The notes: generated from the letters alone by a model not told the origin. Counted from the first letter of the stretch, positions 41,238 through 52,140 are shown. The stretch is DNA of 64,000 bases from Nitrosopumilus sp. (GCA_965218695.1 OZ244651.1:2336001-2400000), one strand, 5' to 3'. Program-made: numbers and translations.

Positions 41238-42836
41238 GTAACTGTGTAGTTTTTTGATCAAATGCTGAATTCCATGTCTCCAAGAAACTATGTATTTTTT
41301 TGACATAGGACCAGACCCTCGCGCAGGACCGTGCCAAGATCATCTCCCCTTGCCTTGCATGTCTGCTTGATGCTCATCAGCGTGGCAATGGCGTCTGCGC
41401 CCTTCTTTGACCTGCTCCCGTTGCTGTTCTTGCGCAGGATGACGCACGGCCTGATGGCCCGCTCTGCCCGGTTGTTGTGGTATTCGACATCGTCTGTCTC
41501 CAGAAACGCAAACAGGTGATCCCTTTCCCGCACCAGCCTCTTGCGCATCCTGTTGCAGTGCTTGCAGTCGCGGTTCTTCTCGAGCCTGCCTATCATGGAC
41601 GCGATGCGACGATCCAGCCTCTTCTTTGCGGCAAGCGCGTCTGCCCCTCCCGGAACGGCGCCGTCGACGTGCGAGTCCCGCAGTATCGCGCGCAGCGTCC
41701 TTGCGTGCCGACGGTAGTCCTGGCCGGGATTCTTGTATCTCAGGGTGGCCTTGACGTCCCGGACGTAATGCAGGTGGCACTTTTGGTGCATGGCTCCTAT
41801 GACGTTCCACGCTCCCCACGAGTCAGACGTCACGCATCCCGGGTAGTCCTTGCCGAGCATCTTTTTTGGAACCTTCGAGTTCCTGCGGCGGTGCACCTCG
41901 TAGATTACGGCGTACCTTGTTACCACCGCCCACAGCCAGTAGTTCGTGCCGTCGACGCGCCAGACGGACTCGTCCCCGTTTATCGCAGGCGAGTTTCTTA
42001 CCTCCTCCTTGATCTTCTCGTACAGCGGCCCGAGCTCCCGGGCCATCCTGCACACCATACGGTTTATCGCAGATTCCGTGATTCTTGCCGAGTACATCAT
42101 CATGACAATATTGCATATTCTGAGGTCTGACATGCCGTGCAGCCTGAGGATGACCATCATTATCATAAAGTTGATCCCGTACCTGGAGTTTGGCAGTGCC
42201 AGCGGAGTCCTGCCGGACACGGTCTTCTTGCAGTTCCTGCAACGTCTTCTCTTTACTGTCACCTTGATGTGCTTTAGTTCCGTCTTGGCAGCCTCCCTTA
42301 CCACCTTTGTGTACGTGGATACGCACTCGGAGAGGTCGGAGCTGCCGCAGTTGTCGCACGTGTGGGGATCTGCCGTCTCCTCTGCGTCTATTCTTTCAGG
42401 ACGCGCAAGGCCCGTGCGCCTGTGGACGCTTGGCTTGCCCTTGGCCTTTGTGCGGCGTCTGGCACTGCCCGTCTTTTTGTCAGGTTTTGCGCCGATGCTC
42501 CTTGCAACGGCAGCCGATATGGTGCCCCTTGCTTCCTGCAACTCTGCCGTGAGGTCCTGGATCTGCCTGAGGGCGGCAGCGTAAAGATCAGTGAGTTTGG
42601 CTATCTGCTGGTCCTTTTTGGCCAGCTGCCCTGCCATCATCTCCACTTTTTCCTCCAGTTCTGCAATCCTTGACTCGGAATTATCATCAGACATAATGCA
42701 AACCGTGGGAACTGATGATCTAAAAATTGGAATGGAGAGAAAAACTCGATCAAGTGATTAAAAATAGTTTCAAAAAAACTACACAGACGTTTGTAGGCAT
42801 GGAATTCAACATTTGATCAAAAAACTACACAGTTAC
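41238..42836 (-). mobile_element. IS66-family element (single-ORF, ISBst12-like), copy 1
   Basis: GTAA...TTAC termini; about 39-bp TIR GTAACTGTGTAGTTTTTTGATCAAATG; 8-bp TSD CTTTCGTG. Confidence 0.95.
41288..42694 (-). CDS. IS66 transposase
   Basis: Coiled coil, CDNC..CRNC Zn finger, NGDES, QKCHLH and NNRAERAIRP. Confidence 0.95.
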   Translation of the reverse strand: MSDDNSESRIAELEEKVEMMAGQLAKKDQQIAKLTDLYAAALRQIQDLTAELQEARGTISAAVARSIGAKPDKKTGSARRRTKAKGKPSVHRRTGLARPERIDAEETADPHTCDNCGSSDLSECVSTYTKVVREAAKTELKHIKVTVKRRRCRNCKKTVSGRTPLALPNSRYGINFMIMMVILRLHGMSDLRICNIVMMMYSARITESAINRMVCRMARELGPLYEKIKEEVRNSPAINGDESVWRVDGTNYWLWAVVTRYAVIYEVHRRRNSKVPKKMLGKDYPGCVTSDSWGAWNVIGAMHQKCHLHYVRDVKATLRYKNPGQDYRRHARTLRAILRDSHVDGAVPGGADALAAKKRLDRRIASMIGRLEKNRDCKHCNRMRKRLVRERDHLFAFLETDDVEYHNNRAERAIRPCVILRKNSNGSRSKKGADAIATLMSIKQTCKARGDDLGTVLREGLVLCQKNT

Positions 42837-42851
42837 CTTTCGTGTTGTTTC

Positions 42852-44064
42852 GGGTGTGTCCTAGTAATAAAAAATGCCATCCCATGTACCAGAATGCCAA
42901 AGACACGATTGGTGCCAGAACCCGTCGACGCCAACAGTGCCGCACCATCGATCCTCCACAACCCATAAAATCCCCCAAATCCAAGACACTGTGCGGAGGC
43001 TCCGCTAGGAGGCGCGTGTCAAGACGCGCCGGTTACGCTGCAAGTGTCGCGATTTGATCCTGTGTGAGCCTGCCGTCTTTTGCCTGCAATCTGGCCACGA
43101 GCTCGATGTTGTAGCACATGACACGGATCGCAGTCTCCCTTGTCCGGTTCTCGTGTTTTCGGCACCTGGTGCTGTCCCCGTACATCTTCTTGAGGGCGGC
43201 AAAGACTGCCTCGATGATGCTGCGCTGGTGGTATTCCGAGTCAAACCTGTCCCGTTCATCCATGTACAGGCTTACCATCTCGCGCCACGACTGGCTTCCC
43301 CTGGCGTTGCGTATGGTGTTGGATTTTGGCTTGATGCGGGGTACCATTCCCATCGCAGATATCATGTTGCACATTAGCCTTGCCAGGTATGCAGAATCCA
43401 GGCAAAAGTCGCCGGTGCCCCGGCCTAACCTGCCGAGCATCGCGTACAGCCCGTTTATGTCTGCCACTGCGCTGTCAGTCACCATGCAGTCGATTATCAC
43501 CCTGGTGCGTATGTCCACGATTGCGTGCAGTTTGACCCATCCCTTTCTGGTACGAAAACTGTCGGTCCTGACGTCAAACCACCTGACAAACCGCAGGTAC
43601 GAGTATCCGGTACCGTCTGCTGCCAGGGAGCCTGCCTCCACCTCCCTGATGGCAATCCGGTGTGCCTCTGCCAGGTACCATTCCGGGATCAGGCCGTAGG
43701 CGCGTGCTATCGTGCTCTTGGAGGGAATTTTCTCTAGGCCCATCTTGGCTGCCATGGCGCTATTGTTTCGGAGGATGCCGACCATCTTACGGTAGGTCGT
43801 GCGCTGTGCCTCAAGCATGATGCAGACAGCTGCCATGGCGCCAGGCGGGTATGCCGTCATGCCGCCCAGACCGGGCCTGACGGCGTACGGATCCCCAAGA
43901 TTCTTGATTATTCCCAGCACGGTATTCAGCATGAGGCCCGACAGGTACTGCTGAACCAAATCGTACTGTCGTTGGTCGCGTTTCTTTGTAGTCATTAGGC
44001 GATGCCGTGATCCGCCGATCCATATCTTTTGTCATCCGGGGGTATATGCCTCTAGGACACACCC
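42852..44064 (-). mobile_element. IS5-family (IS903/ISH1-like) element
   Basis: Perfect 13-bp TIR GGGTGTGTCCTAG; 9-bp TSD TGTTGTTTC. Confidence 0.93.
43033..43995 (-). CDS. IS5-family transposase (DDE_Tnp_1)
   Basis: AADGTG, WVKLHAIVD, LDSAY and YHQRSIIEAVFAALK. Confidence 0.92.
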   Translation of the reverse strand: MTTKKRDQRQYDLVQQYLSGLMLNTVLGIIKNLGDPYAVRPGLGGMTAYPPGAMAAVCIMLEAQRTTYRKMVGILRNNSAMAAKMGLEKIPSKSTIARAYGLIPEWYLAEAHRIAIREVEAGSLAADGTGYSYLRFVRWFDVRTDSFRTRKGWVKLHAIVDIRTRVIIDCMVTDSAVADINGLYAMLGRLGRGTGDFCLDSAYLARLMCNMISAMGMVPRIKPKSNTIRNARGSQSWREMVSLYMDERDRFDSEYHQRSIIEAVFAALKKMYGDSTRCRKHENRTRETAIRVMCYNIELVARLQAKDGRLTQDQIATLAA

Positions 44065-44149
44065 TGTTGTTTCTGTGTAGGGTTTGGATGCAGGTCAGTT
44101 GTTATGCCGGACCATATCGATGCCACAGGTCCACGCCGCGCCGCGCCAG

Positions 44150-45040
44150 TCATATCCCAAGCTGGGCATCGATGACCCTCTTGAAGTTCTCAAACGGCTG
44201 GGCTCCGGATATCGTCACGTATCCCAGATCGTCGTTTCCTATGAAGAATCCCGGGGTTCCAGAGATGCCGTAGATTCTTCCGTCCTCCAGATCCATTCTG
44301 ATCTCGTTTACGTACTTGCCGGTAGTAAGGCACGTGTCAAAGGTTTCCTGGTCCAGTTGGAGCTGTGCAGCATACTGGCTGAATATCGAGATTGCCTGGA
44401 CAGTCTCCTGCGGGCTCCATTGGGCCTGGTTCTCAAAGAGCAGGTCATGCATCGGTTTGAACTGTCCCTGCTCGTGTGCGCACTCTGCTGCCACGGCTGC
44501 AGGTACCGCGTTTGGATGACTGTTCTGGAGCGGAAAGTCCCTGTAGACCAGTTTTACATCGCCTCTGTCTATGTACTCCTCCAAAAGCAGCGGCAGCGTC
44601 TGAGAGCTGAATCTGGCGCAGAACGGGCACTGAAAGTCTGAAAACTCGATTATCGTGATTGGCGCATTCGGATCGCCCAGCACTGGATCGTCGTCTGCAG
44701 ATATCTGCACCGGCGGTTCGGGCTGCTGCTGGCCTGCAGGCATCATGTTCTGCATCATCCTAAGTTCCAGTTTGGAGAGTGCGTCGTTGAGATCATCTTG
44801 TGTGATTGTATTGGAGCCGGCATCAGAGACATAGTATCCTGCAAAGAATGCAGCTATCCCCACTGCCACTACCATCCCCATGACCAGTCCGCCGGAAAGG
44901 GGATTTTTGGCAGGCGTATGCTGTGCGGCCCTTCCGGTGCCTGCGCCCTTGCCATCAGACGATGATACATCCGGAACGGTTTCCTTGGAGTTATCATCAG
45001 GATCTGTGGCACTCACAGTCACCTGTTCAATCCACTGCAT
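44150..45040 (-). CDS. Membrane-anchored DsbA-family thioredoxin-fold protein
   Basis: EFSDFQCPFC, YRDFPL and GISGTPGFFI. Confidence 0.92.
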   Translation of the reverse strand: MQWIEQVTVSATDPDDNSKETVPDVSSSDGKGAGTGRAAQHTPAKNPLSGGLVMGMVVAVGIAAFFAGYYVSDAGSNTITQDDLNDALSKLELRMMQNMMPAGQQQPEPPVQISADDDPVLGDPNAPITIIEFSDFQCPFCARFSSQTLPLLLEEYIDRGDVKLVYRDFPLQNSHPNAVPAAVAAECAHEQGQFKPMHDLLFENQAQWSPQETVQAISIFSQYAAQLQLDQETFDTCLTTGKYVNEIRMDLEDGRIYGISGTPGFFIGNDDLGYVTISGAQPFENFKRVIDAQLGI

Positions 45041-45200
45041 AATTAATCGTATTGGACCGGGGCAGTCGGATTCAGGCGAGAGCCGATGAGCCGGCAGGCA
45101 GTGATCCCGGACACGAATACGTCACGGTTCCGGCCTTGCGTGCAGGGCATCGGGTTTCCCAAAAGCACGGCAGGCTGCAAAGCGAGTCAGAATATCTAAA

Positions 45201-45275
45201 AGCCAATGGCGGGATCCGAACCCACGACCTTTCGCTTACAAGGCGAATGCTCTAGCCAGGCTGAGCTACATTGGC
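45201..45275 (-). tRNA. tRNA-Thr(UGU)
   Basis: Revcomp GCCAATGTAGCTCAGCCTGGCTAGAGCATTCGCC-TTGTAA-GCGAAAGGTCGTGGGTTCGGATCCCGCCATTGGCT folds as a cloverleaf with anticodon TGT; no encoded CCA. Confidence 0.95.
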
Positions 45276-45455
45276 ACGATGTAAAATGAAATTTTTGACG
45301 GTTTAAAGTGTTGGGAAAGTACGGTTTTGCTCGATCCCCCCCCCTCCATGACAGGCCTAGCGCAGCTCCCGGTCACGGGCGGCACCTGCCGGCCATGTAT
45401 TTTCATCGGGCGCACCATCGCCAATTTATAATAGTAATGTGACGGGATATTTGCT

Positions 45456-45680
45456 ATGAGATACATCGAGCCAAGAAGGGTCAAGATTTTGATGCTGATG
45501 TTCTTTGGAACCGGCGCATTGGGCATGATCGTCGGGCTGATGGTGGCGCCTCCGTCCACAACCCTGATCATTACGTTTATGGGCGTCGTCAACTTTGGGC
45601 TGGGTGCATTCTTTGCATACCTCTTTTTGACGCAGGAGAAAAAGGCGCCTGACAAAAGGAAGAAGAAGAAACGCGACTAG
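45456..45680 (+). CDS. Small 2-TM membrane protein with basic tail
   Basis: Two hydrophobic helices, DKRKKKKRD tail and a TATA (tttataa) upstream. Confidence 0.8.
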   Translation: MRYIEPRRVKILMLMFFGTGALGMIVGLMVAPPSTTLIITFMGVVNFGLGAFFAYLFLTQEKKAPDKRKKKKRD

Positions 45681-45938
45681 CCAAGTACGCCGTGTGCAGC
45701 GGGGCGGCGGCGTGTGCGGGATTATCCACAGGCATTCGGCGGTATGGTTTGGGCTCCTGACACGGCGCGTACATGCTTGCCGCCGCCGCCGTCGCTGTCG
45801 CTGTCGCTGTCGCATCCTCCGGAATCTGGCATGATGGCCGCCATCTGCACAATTCATTTCTGGACAGGATTCGCACCTGGATGCGACGGCGGTGCACTTG
45901 GTTGAAATATAAATAATGACGAGTCACACCAAACAGCA

Positions 45939-46487
45939 ATGTTGGATCTTGTTGCCAAGAATCTGTTTCTTACTAGAGGCAAGGGCGTTCACGAGGATCG
46001 GCTTACAAGCTTCGAGTATGCCCTAAGGGACGCAGGCATCGCAGGAACCAACCTGGTGCTGATCTCAAGCATATTCCCGCCAAAGGCCAAACTCATCCCG
46101 AGAAAGGACGGGCTCAAGCTCATCAAGCCGGGCCAGATACTCTTTACGATATACTCCAAGAACCAGACCAACGAGCCGCACAGAATGTGCGCGGCATCCG
46201 TGGGACTGGCACAGCCAAAAGACAGCAGCAGGTATGGCTACCTCTCCGAGTACGAATCGTTTGGGCAAAACGAGGTCCAGGCAGGCGACTATGCAGAGGA
46301 CGTCGCAGCCCAGATGCTTGCATCGTCTTTGGGAATTCCCTTTGACGTGGACAAGGACTGGGACGAAAAGAGGCAACAGTGGTCCATCTCGGGGCAGATA
46401 TACAACACGCACAACATCACCCAGTCTGCAAGGGGAGACAAGGACGGAAGGTGGACCACAGTCTTTGCAGCCGCAGTCCTTCTCTAG
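45939..46487 (+). CDS. pdaD: Pyruvoyl-dependent arginine decarboxylase
   Basis: SFEYALRDAGI, NLVLISSIFP (Ser-Ser cleavage site), YGYLSEY and WTTVFAAAV. Confidence 0.92.
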   Translation: MLDLVAKNLFLTRGKGVHEDRLTSFEYALRDAGIAGTNLVLISSIFPPKAKLIPRKDGLKLIKPGQILFTIYSKNQTNEPHRMCAASVGLAQPKDSSRYGYLSEYESFGQNEVQAGDYAEDVAAQMLASSLGIPFDVDKDWDEKRQQWSISGQIYNTHNITQSARGDKDGRWTTVFAAAVLL

Positions 46488-47711
46488 TCATTTCTTGCGC
46501 CGGCCGATGAGATAAAACACTACGATGCCAACGACGGCAGCAACAGCAACAGCGGCCATCAGGGCATAGTATGATTCGCCGGAATCGTCTTCGGGCAGCT
46601 CGGGAATCTCCGGTTCGGGAACATCCATGTCAGGAGTCATGTCCTGTCCTGTTCCGAGTGAAAACACCAGCTCGTCGGATCCTATGGAGGTCTTGTTGCC
46701 AAAGAGGTACTTTCCCTGTATCGTGTCACCCTCGGATGGATCAAAGACCCAGCCGTTCACGGTGATATCCGTAGGGATCTGCTGGCCGTCAATCAGCAGT
46801 GTCGGGGTCACGCTGCCCATGACGTCAGATACGACGGCGGCATCATCCACATCCGACAAGACCACCACCTGGACCAGTGAGTTCAGCGGGTAGAATCCGG
46901 ATGTCAGGTAGTCTGACCTTCTGATCTCCTCTGTCTGGAGATAGTCCAGCGGACTGATCCGTTCGGGGGACTCCCCGGAATACGTTGTCGAGAGCCTCAG
47001 CTGGAAGAGAAGATTCGAATCCAGGGGGATTATGGAAAATGCCACCTTGGCATTTTCGTGGGACGACATATCCCGGGCGATGCCGTAAAATCCCCGGCCG
47101 TCTCGAATCTCCTCGGAGACAAGCATCGTTGATATCCTCTCATACATCGAGTGCGTCTCCTCCATTGGCATGGTGTATACTGCAGATACCGTGCCTCTGC
47201 CGGACACTGCGCCGGAGGTATCGAGGATTCGGTTTGCCGCATCATCAGTGTGAATGTATATGGAATGGAATGCAGCCCCGGTATCGAACAGCCGGTTAAA
47301 CCCGTCAATGTACGCATCCCCTACCGCTCTTGTGGAGTCCCGGATGGTGGCGATTCCGTTGCTCTCCGGATCCCTTGCTACGTTTATCAGGATGCACGAC
47401 GTGTCGCTTACGCCCGCTATGCACGGATCATGATTCGTAAGCACCATGGCATCTATCCGGGGGTCGCCTGCTAGCTGCCGTGCCAGCTCCTCGGGAATAA
47501 TGATCTCTCCAATGTCGGTGCTCTGCAGCGTCACTGATGCAGTCACGCTCTGCGATATGCGCTTGTCGATGATTACCTGGGCAGTCTCTTGAAATGTGGC
47601 AAGGCCCGGTCCCTGGGAGTAGGCGGTTGTTCCAGACGAGGCCACTGCTACCGCCATTACCGCCAGTACTGCCATTACTGCCAGCAACATCCAAGACATG
47701 CATGTCTCCAC
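46488..47711 (-). CDS. Secreted, C-terminally membrane-anchored hypothetical protein
   Basis: Signal peptide, acidic Pro-rich linker, C-terminal TM helix followed by RRKK. Confidence 0.8.
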   Translation of the reverse strand: METCMSWMLLAVMAVLAVMAVAVASSGTTAYSQGPGLATFQETAQVIIDKRISQSVTASVTLQSTDIGEIIIPEELARQLAGDPRIDAMVLTNHDPCIAGVSDTSCILINVARDPESNGIATIRDSTRAVGDAYIDGFNRLFDTGAAFHSIYIHTDDAANRILDTSGAVSGRGTVSAVYTMPMEETHSMYERISTMLVSEEIRDGRGFYGIARDMSSHENAKVAFSIIPLDSNLLFQLRLSTTYSGESPERISPLDYLQTEEIRRSDYLTSGFYPLNSLVQVVVLSDVDDAAVVSDVMGSVTPTLLIDGQQIPTDITVNGWVFDPSEGDTIQGKYLFGNKTSIGSDELVFSLGTGQDMTPDMDVPEPEIPELPEDDSGESYYALMAAVAVAAVVGIVVFYLIGRRKK

Positions 47712-47997
47712 ACTGCAATGAAATTAGAATCTTGTCCCTGCGATGCAGTGTTTAGGCGTCGGCGTGCAGTGGGAATCAACACGCGTATCCTGCAGACATG
47801 CAGCAGCAACGCATGCCGGGATTCCACTCATGCAGGCGCAGATGCCGGGATGGCGTCATTGCCCGTACTCGGACAGAACGAACCCCCTGCATAATCTCAA
47901 ACGTTTAAATCGTCGGAACCACGCGGTACCATGACATCGAATTCAAACCGTTCGGGGAACAAGCTGGCAGTCGATGCGTTAGACTGCCAGCCCCAAA

Positions 47998-49767
47998 TTA
48001 ATTCAATGAAGAGAGTTCTCTTACCTGCCTGTTCACGTAGTCAAACCCCTCCTGCCAGAATCTTGGGGAGTGGATGTCAAACCCGTATTCGGCAAGCAGC
48101 CCCTCGGGCTTTCGGGAGCCGCCTGCTGCAAGTATGCTGATGTATGCGGGGACAAAGTCCTTGCCCTCCTTTTTGTACCTCTGGAACAGCGACAGTGCAA
48201 GCAGGTTTCCAAAAGAGTATGCATAGCAGTAGAACGGCGAGTGGTAAAAGTGCGGTATGCAGAGCCACTCGTCTGAAAAGTCCTCAGAGATATTCACGGA
48301 GTCACCAAACTGCTCTTGGAGGTTCTGCAGGTACGTCTTTGAGACCTCCTCTGTCGTGGCCCCCTGTCCTATCTGCTTGTGGGCATCCACCTCAAAGACT
48401 GTAAAAAACGACTGCCGGAGTATGGTGGCATACAGATCGTCGATCTTTTCAGAGAGCATCGCCCTCTTTTCGTCATCAGCGATACTCTCAGACAGGCTGT
48501 CATAGAGCAGCAGCTCAGAGAACGTCGATGCAGTCTCTGCCAGTGGGAGCGGTGGATCCTGGACCAGTATCGATCTGTCTCCGGCAGCCTGGCTGTGCGC
48601 TGCATGGCCAAGCTCGTGGGCCAGGGTAAAGACGTCCCTTGACTTTCCGGTAAAGTTTACCATCACGTACGGGGTAATGTCAGGCGTCAGCGTGCTGCAA
48701 AACGCCCCGTCCCTTTTTCCGGGCCGTATCGCAGAGTCGATGTGGTTCTCCTCAAAGACGCGCCTTGCGTATCCTGCAAGGGTGCTGCTGAACCTCTCCA
48801 GCGAATCAAACACCATCCTGACTGATTTGTCATACGAGTATCTCTTTTCGGTGCGCGCAGTGGTAGGCGCATACAGGTCGTACCGCCTGAGTGCGTCCAT
48901 GTCAAGCATTTTCGCCTTTTGAACAAAGAACCTCTGAAAGACGGGCGCGTTTCTCCTGCATGCCAGAAGGAGCGATTCCACGGTTCTGTCGTCTATGTTG
49001 TTTACGATGTTTCTAATAGAGATGGGCGTCTTGTGCCCCCTAATCTCGATTCCCTCGTCCCTCCAGTTAAGTACGATATTCTGGTATATCTCGCCTGCCA
49101 CCCCCCTGTCCTGGGCATACCTTGAGAGGATGGTCTGGTAGGCGTTCTGGCGGAGATCGGGGTTTGAATTCTTGACGTAGCCGGTGATCTCCTCGCGCGT
49201 CATTGTTCTGGTTCTGCGCCCGACTTTCATCTTGTACTGGTACGCGCCGGTTATCTTGTCGTACAGCTTTGTCAGGGCCGATGCCCCCGTGACATCCAGC
49301 GTGTTGATTATCTTCTCCTCGGGCTCGCTGAGGGAGTATCGTGCAAGCAGCCTCTTGTGCAGCAGGTACTCGGCAAGCTCGCCTGCCCCGCCTGCCAGCC
49401 TTTTGGCGTCTGCCTCGCCGACGTCCTTCTTCCACCACAAATCAAAGAATAGGATGCGGTTGGATACCTCAGAACTCAGTTTGAGCATCCGCGTCATCAG
49501 CGATGTTGCCTCATCTGACTGGGTGTCTGCTGCGTACGACAGGGACGCGTATCCCACGACCTTGTGCGTCTCCTCTGAGATCTCCTCTATGGCCCCCAGC
49601 ATCCCCATGAACCTCGCAGGAGAGATTTGGGGGGCCAGCTCGGACTTTGCCTTTTCAAACTTTTTTGCCTTTCGTTCCAGTCTGCGTACCTGTCTCTGGA
49701 AGACCTTGCCCTTTGGATCATCTGCCAGTTCCGACAGGCTCCATTCCCCCAGGGCGTATTGGATCAT
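47998..49767 (-). CDS. pepF: Oligoendopeptidase F (M3B)
   Basis: GKRDGAFC, TLAHELGH, LAETASTFSE and IPHFY..FYCYAY. Confidence 0.93.
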   Translation of the reverse strand: MIQYALGEWSLSELADDPKGKVFQRQVRRLERKAKKFEKAKSELAPQISPARFMGMLGAIEEISEETHKVVGYASLSYAADTQSDEATSLMTRMLKLSSEVSNRILFFDLWWKKDVGEADAKRLAGGAGELAEYLLHKRLLARYSLSEPEEKIINTLDVTGASALTKLYDKITGAYQYKMKVGRRTRTMTREEITGYVKNSNPDLRQNAYQTILSRYAQDRGVAGEIYQNIVLNWRDEGIEIRGHKTPISIRNIVNNIDDRTVESLLLACRRNAPVFQRFFVQKAKMLDMDALRRYDLYAPTTARTEKRYSYDKSVRMVFDSLERFSSTLAGYARRVFEENHIDSAIRPGKRDGAFCSTLTPDITPYVMVNFTGKSRDVFTLAHELGHAAHSQAAGDRSILVQDPPLPLAETASTFSELLLYDSLSESIADDEKRAMLSEKIDDLYATILRQSFFTVFEVDAHKQIGQGATTEEVSKTYLQNLQEQFGDSVNISEDFSDEWLCIPHFYHSPFYCYAYSFGNLLALSLFQRYKKEGKDFVPAYISILAAGGSRKPEGLLAEYGFDIHSPRFWQEGFDYVNRQVRELSSLN

Positions 49768-49838
49768 GGGTCTTGCTCTCTTGCGACCATTAAAAAATCA
49801 ATGGTATGTATCTGCACGTGCAGGATTCTGGCAGTGCC

Positions 49839-50378
49839 TCAGTATTTTTGGAGGGTGTCCTTGTAGCGCTTTATGGAGCCGATGATGACAGACTTTGCAT
49901 CATCAGACGGCTTCCACCCCATTATCTCGACTTTCTTTCCCTCCAGATCCTTGTAGACCTGGAAAAAGTGGGCAATCTCGGAGCGGTAGTGATCCTCGAT
50001 GTCTGTGATGTCTGCGGCGTGAAGGTACCGCGGGTCGTTGGTGGAGACGCAGATTATCTTGTCATCGAGCTTTCCGTCATCCATCATCTGCAGCAGCCCG
50101 ATGGGTCTTGCCTCTATGAGGATGCCAGGATACGTGGGGTTGGTGACCAGCACCAGGGCGTCAAGCGGGTCTCCGTCCTCAGAAAGTGTCTGGGGGACGA
50201 GTCCGTAGTCCCCCGGGTAGTGGAACGGCGAGAACAGGACCCTGTCAAGCTTTATCAGGTTGTGTTTTTTGTCGTACTCGTACTTGTTCATCGAGCCCTT
50301 TGGAATCTCCACGATCACGTTGATTATCTCCGGGATGTCGATTCCCGGTTCGATGTCGTGCCAGAAGTTCTTGGTCAT
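49839..50378 (-). CDS. ppa: Inorganic pyrophosphatase
   Basis: VEIPKGSMNKYE, YPGDYG, DGDPLD and DDKII; start ATG 50378 or 50405. Confidence 0.96.
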   Translation of the reverse strand: MTKNFWHDIEPGIDIPEIINVIVEIPKGSMNKYEYDKKHNLIKLDRVLFSPFHYPGDYGLVPQTLSEDGDPLDALVLVTNPTYPGILIEARPIGLLQMMDDGKLDDKIICVSTNDPRYLHAADITDIEDHYRSEIAHFFQVYKDLEGKKVEIMGWKPSDDAKSVIIGSIKRYKDTLQKY

Positions 50379-50563
50379 CTGGCTACAGGCGGCACGGTTT
50401 GACATATGAATTATGGTTCTGTTAACTTATCAAGATCTGCTGGTGGCTGTTAACAGTCGTGATCTGGCTCTGGCAAATTTTTGTGATTTTCTTCCCAACG
50501 TTTACCAAAATCATTGCCAGCACATGTATTATATTTTTAATAAAAAATACAAAATTCGAAAGC

Positions 50564-50573
50564 ATTTAAATAA
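50564..50573 (+). promoter_or_regulatory. Probable original TATA box of tnpB, now displaced by the nested ISs
   Basis: ATTTAAATAA lies about 22-31 bp before the tnpB ATG once the inserted ISs are removed. Confidence 0.55.
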
Positions 50574-50758
50574 AAAATGTGCTTTATTGTAATAGAAGCC
50601 ATGCGTAATCCCTCCATTTCGTTGGGTTAAACCAGAAAAACCCAGAAAATATTAAAAATTCTGATTTAATTCTCGCCATGTTAGCCATGTGGGGATCCTG
50701 TCCTGCCAGAAATACAAAATAACGTGCGCAACCTTGCAGCACCACGATGTGCACGGAA

Positions 50759-52072
50759 TTAATTGTTTGAAACGGCGCTGCCGGGGACGTTTGCCTCTTC
50801 CCAGTTTATTACCGGCCCCAGCGTGCTACCTGAAGGAGGTCCTTTCTTCATCTGGTTCCACAGGAGGTCCAGGTTTACGAGTCCGGTTATTATGTTAAAT
50901 TCCCTGTTAAAGTCGCCAATCTTTCCCTTGTATGGCGCGGTAAGCCGGCCGTACCGCTTCAGCCTGCCGATGGAGTGCTCCACCTTTACCCTGGCCGAGT
51001 TGACGGCGTGGTTGTGCTCCTTTTCCTCCTTTGTAAAGCGCTTGTGGTTCTTGGTCTTCTTGTGCGGCTGCAGGGTGTTTGTGCCGGGCAGATCCTTTGC
51101 GATTCCCTTGTAGCCGCGGTCAGTAAGGGTGTGGATCCTGTCCTCTTCGGGGGTGTTCTCGTCGCACATGCGGTCCCACCATTTTCCAAACGGCAGCGGG
51201 CTCTCCCTGAGCAGCGTGATGTCGTGGACGGATCCCACGGTGCTGCCGGATATGGCGACTATCACCCCGTTTTCATTTATGCAGACTGTGGTGTTGAGCG
51301 TGAATTTCTTCTTCTTGCCCGAATACATCATGCTCCTCATCTGTTTTTCGTCCGGCCTCTGTATGGGGCAGTGCGTGCCGTCGATCATCATGATGCCCCC
51401 GTCAGGCCCGGAAATTATTTTTTTGAGATCCTCTTTTGTCTCCGTGCCTGCTATCTCCTTTGATATGTTGGCAGCAGTGGGCAGCGCCGCCTCGAGTACC
51501 GCGTCCATGACGTCGATGTACCTGGACACGGTCGCCTGGTCTATTCCAAAGAATGCCGCAAGCGCGCCCTGCGTGGGGTTGCCCTTTTTGTACATCAGTG
51601 ACATGAGTAGCGCGTGCCTTGGGTACAGCTTGCAGCGGTTCCCGGGATCCGACGCCCTCGTCTCGTCGTTCCTGAAGAGCGGGGATTTGCCGCTTTGTCT
51701 TATCCATGCCTCGGCCCTGTCAAGTATGTACTGGAATTGCCCCCTGCCCTTCAGCGTCGCGTCATGAAGCTTCTTCCCGACGCCGATGACGTCGTCAAGC
51801 ACCTCCACGCGGTGCAGCAGGGCGGGCTCCCCTGCGGCTCCGGACTCGGAGCCGTCCCGCGTGCTCCACAGGCTTTGCTCGTGCTTGGCGGCTGCCTCCA
51901 AGCGCTTGATGTCAGCGTCCTGGCGCTTGATGTCAGCGTCCTGGCGCTTGATGTCAGCGTCCTGGCGCTTGATCATGTATCTGAGAGCCTTGTTCTCTTT
52001 TTGCAGGTCACTTGTTTCCTGATTCGACAACAGTATGAACCGGCATATTCTGGTTTTAATTGGATGGATCAT
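50759..52072 (-). CDS. IS5-type transposase, copy 2, with KRQDADI heptad expansion
   Basis: Near-identical to 21277-22527, plus 21 aa. Confidence 0.93.
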   Translation of the reverse strand: MIHPIKTRICRFILLSNQETSDLQKENKALRYMIKRQDADIKRQDADIKRQDADIKRLEAAAKHEQSLWSTRDGSESGAAGEPALLHRVEVLDDVIGVGKKLHDATLKGRGQFQYILDRAEAWIRQSGKSPLFRNDETRASDPGNRCKLYPRHALLMSLMYKKGNPTQGALAAFFGIDQATVSRYIDVMDAVLEAALPTAANISKEIAGTETKEDLKKIISGPDGGIMMIDGTHCPIQRPDEKQMRSMMYSGKKKKFTLNTTVCINENGVIVAISGSTVGSVHDITLLRESPLPFGKWWDRMCDENTPEEDRIHTLTDRGYKGIAKDLPGTNTLQPHKKTKNHKRFTKEEKEHNHAVNSARVKVEHSIGRLKRYGRLTAPYKGKIGDFNREFNIITGLVNLDLLWNQMKKGPPSGSTLGPVINWEEANVPGSAVSNN

Positions 52073-52140
52073 AAATTTTTGACAGCAGGGCTAACATGTC
52101 AGCGCGGAGTTTGAAAAAGTTCCGGATTACGCATATTTTC

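Noticed and set aside
45201-45275. tRNA-Thr as an integration site
   Set aside because: No duplicated tRNA 3' end or integrase found, and the flanking genes look like core genes.
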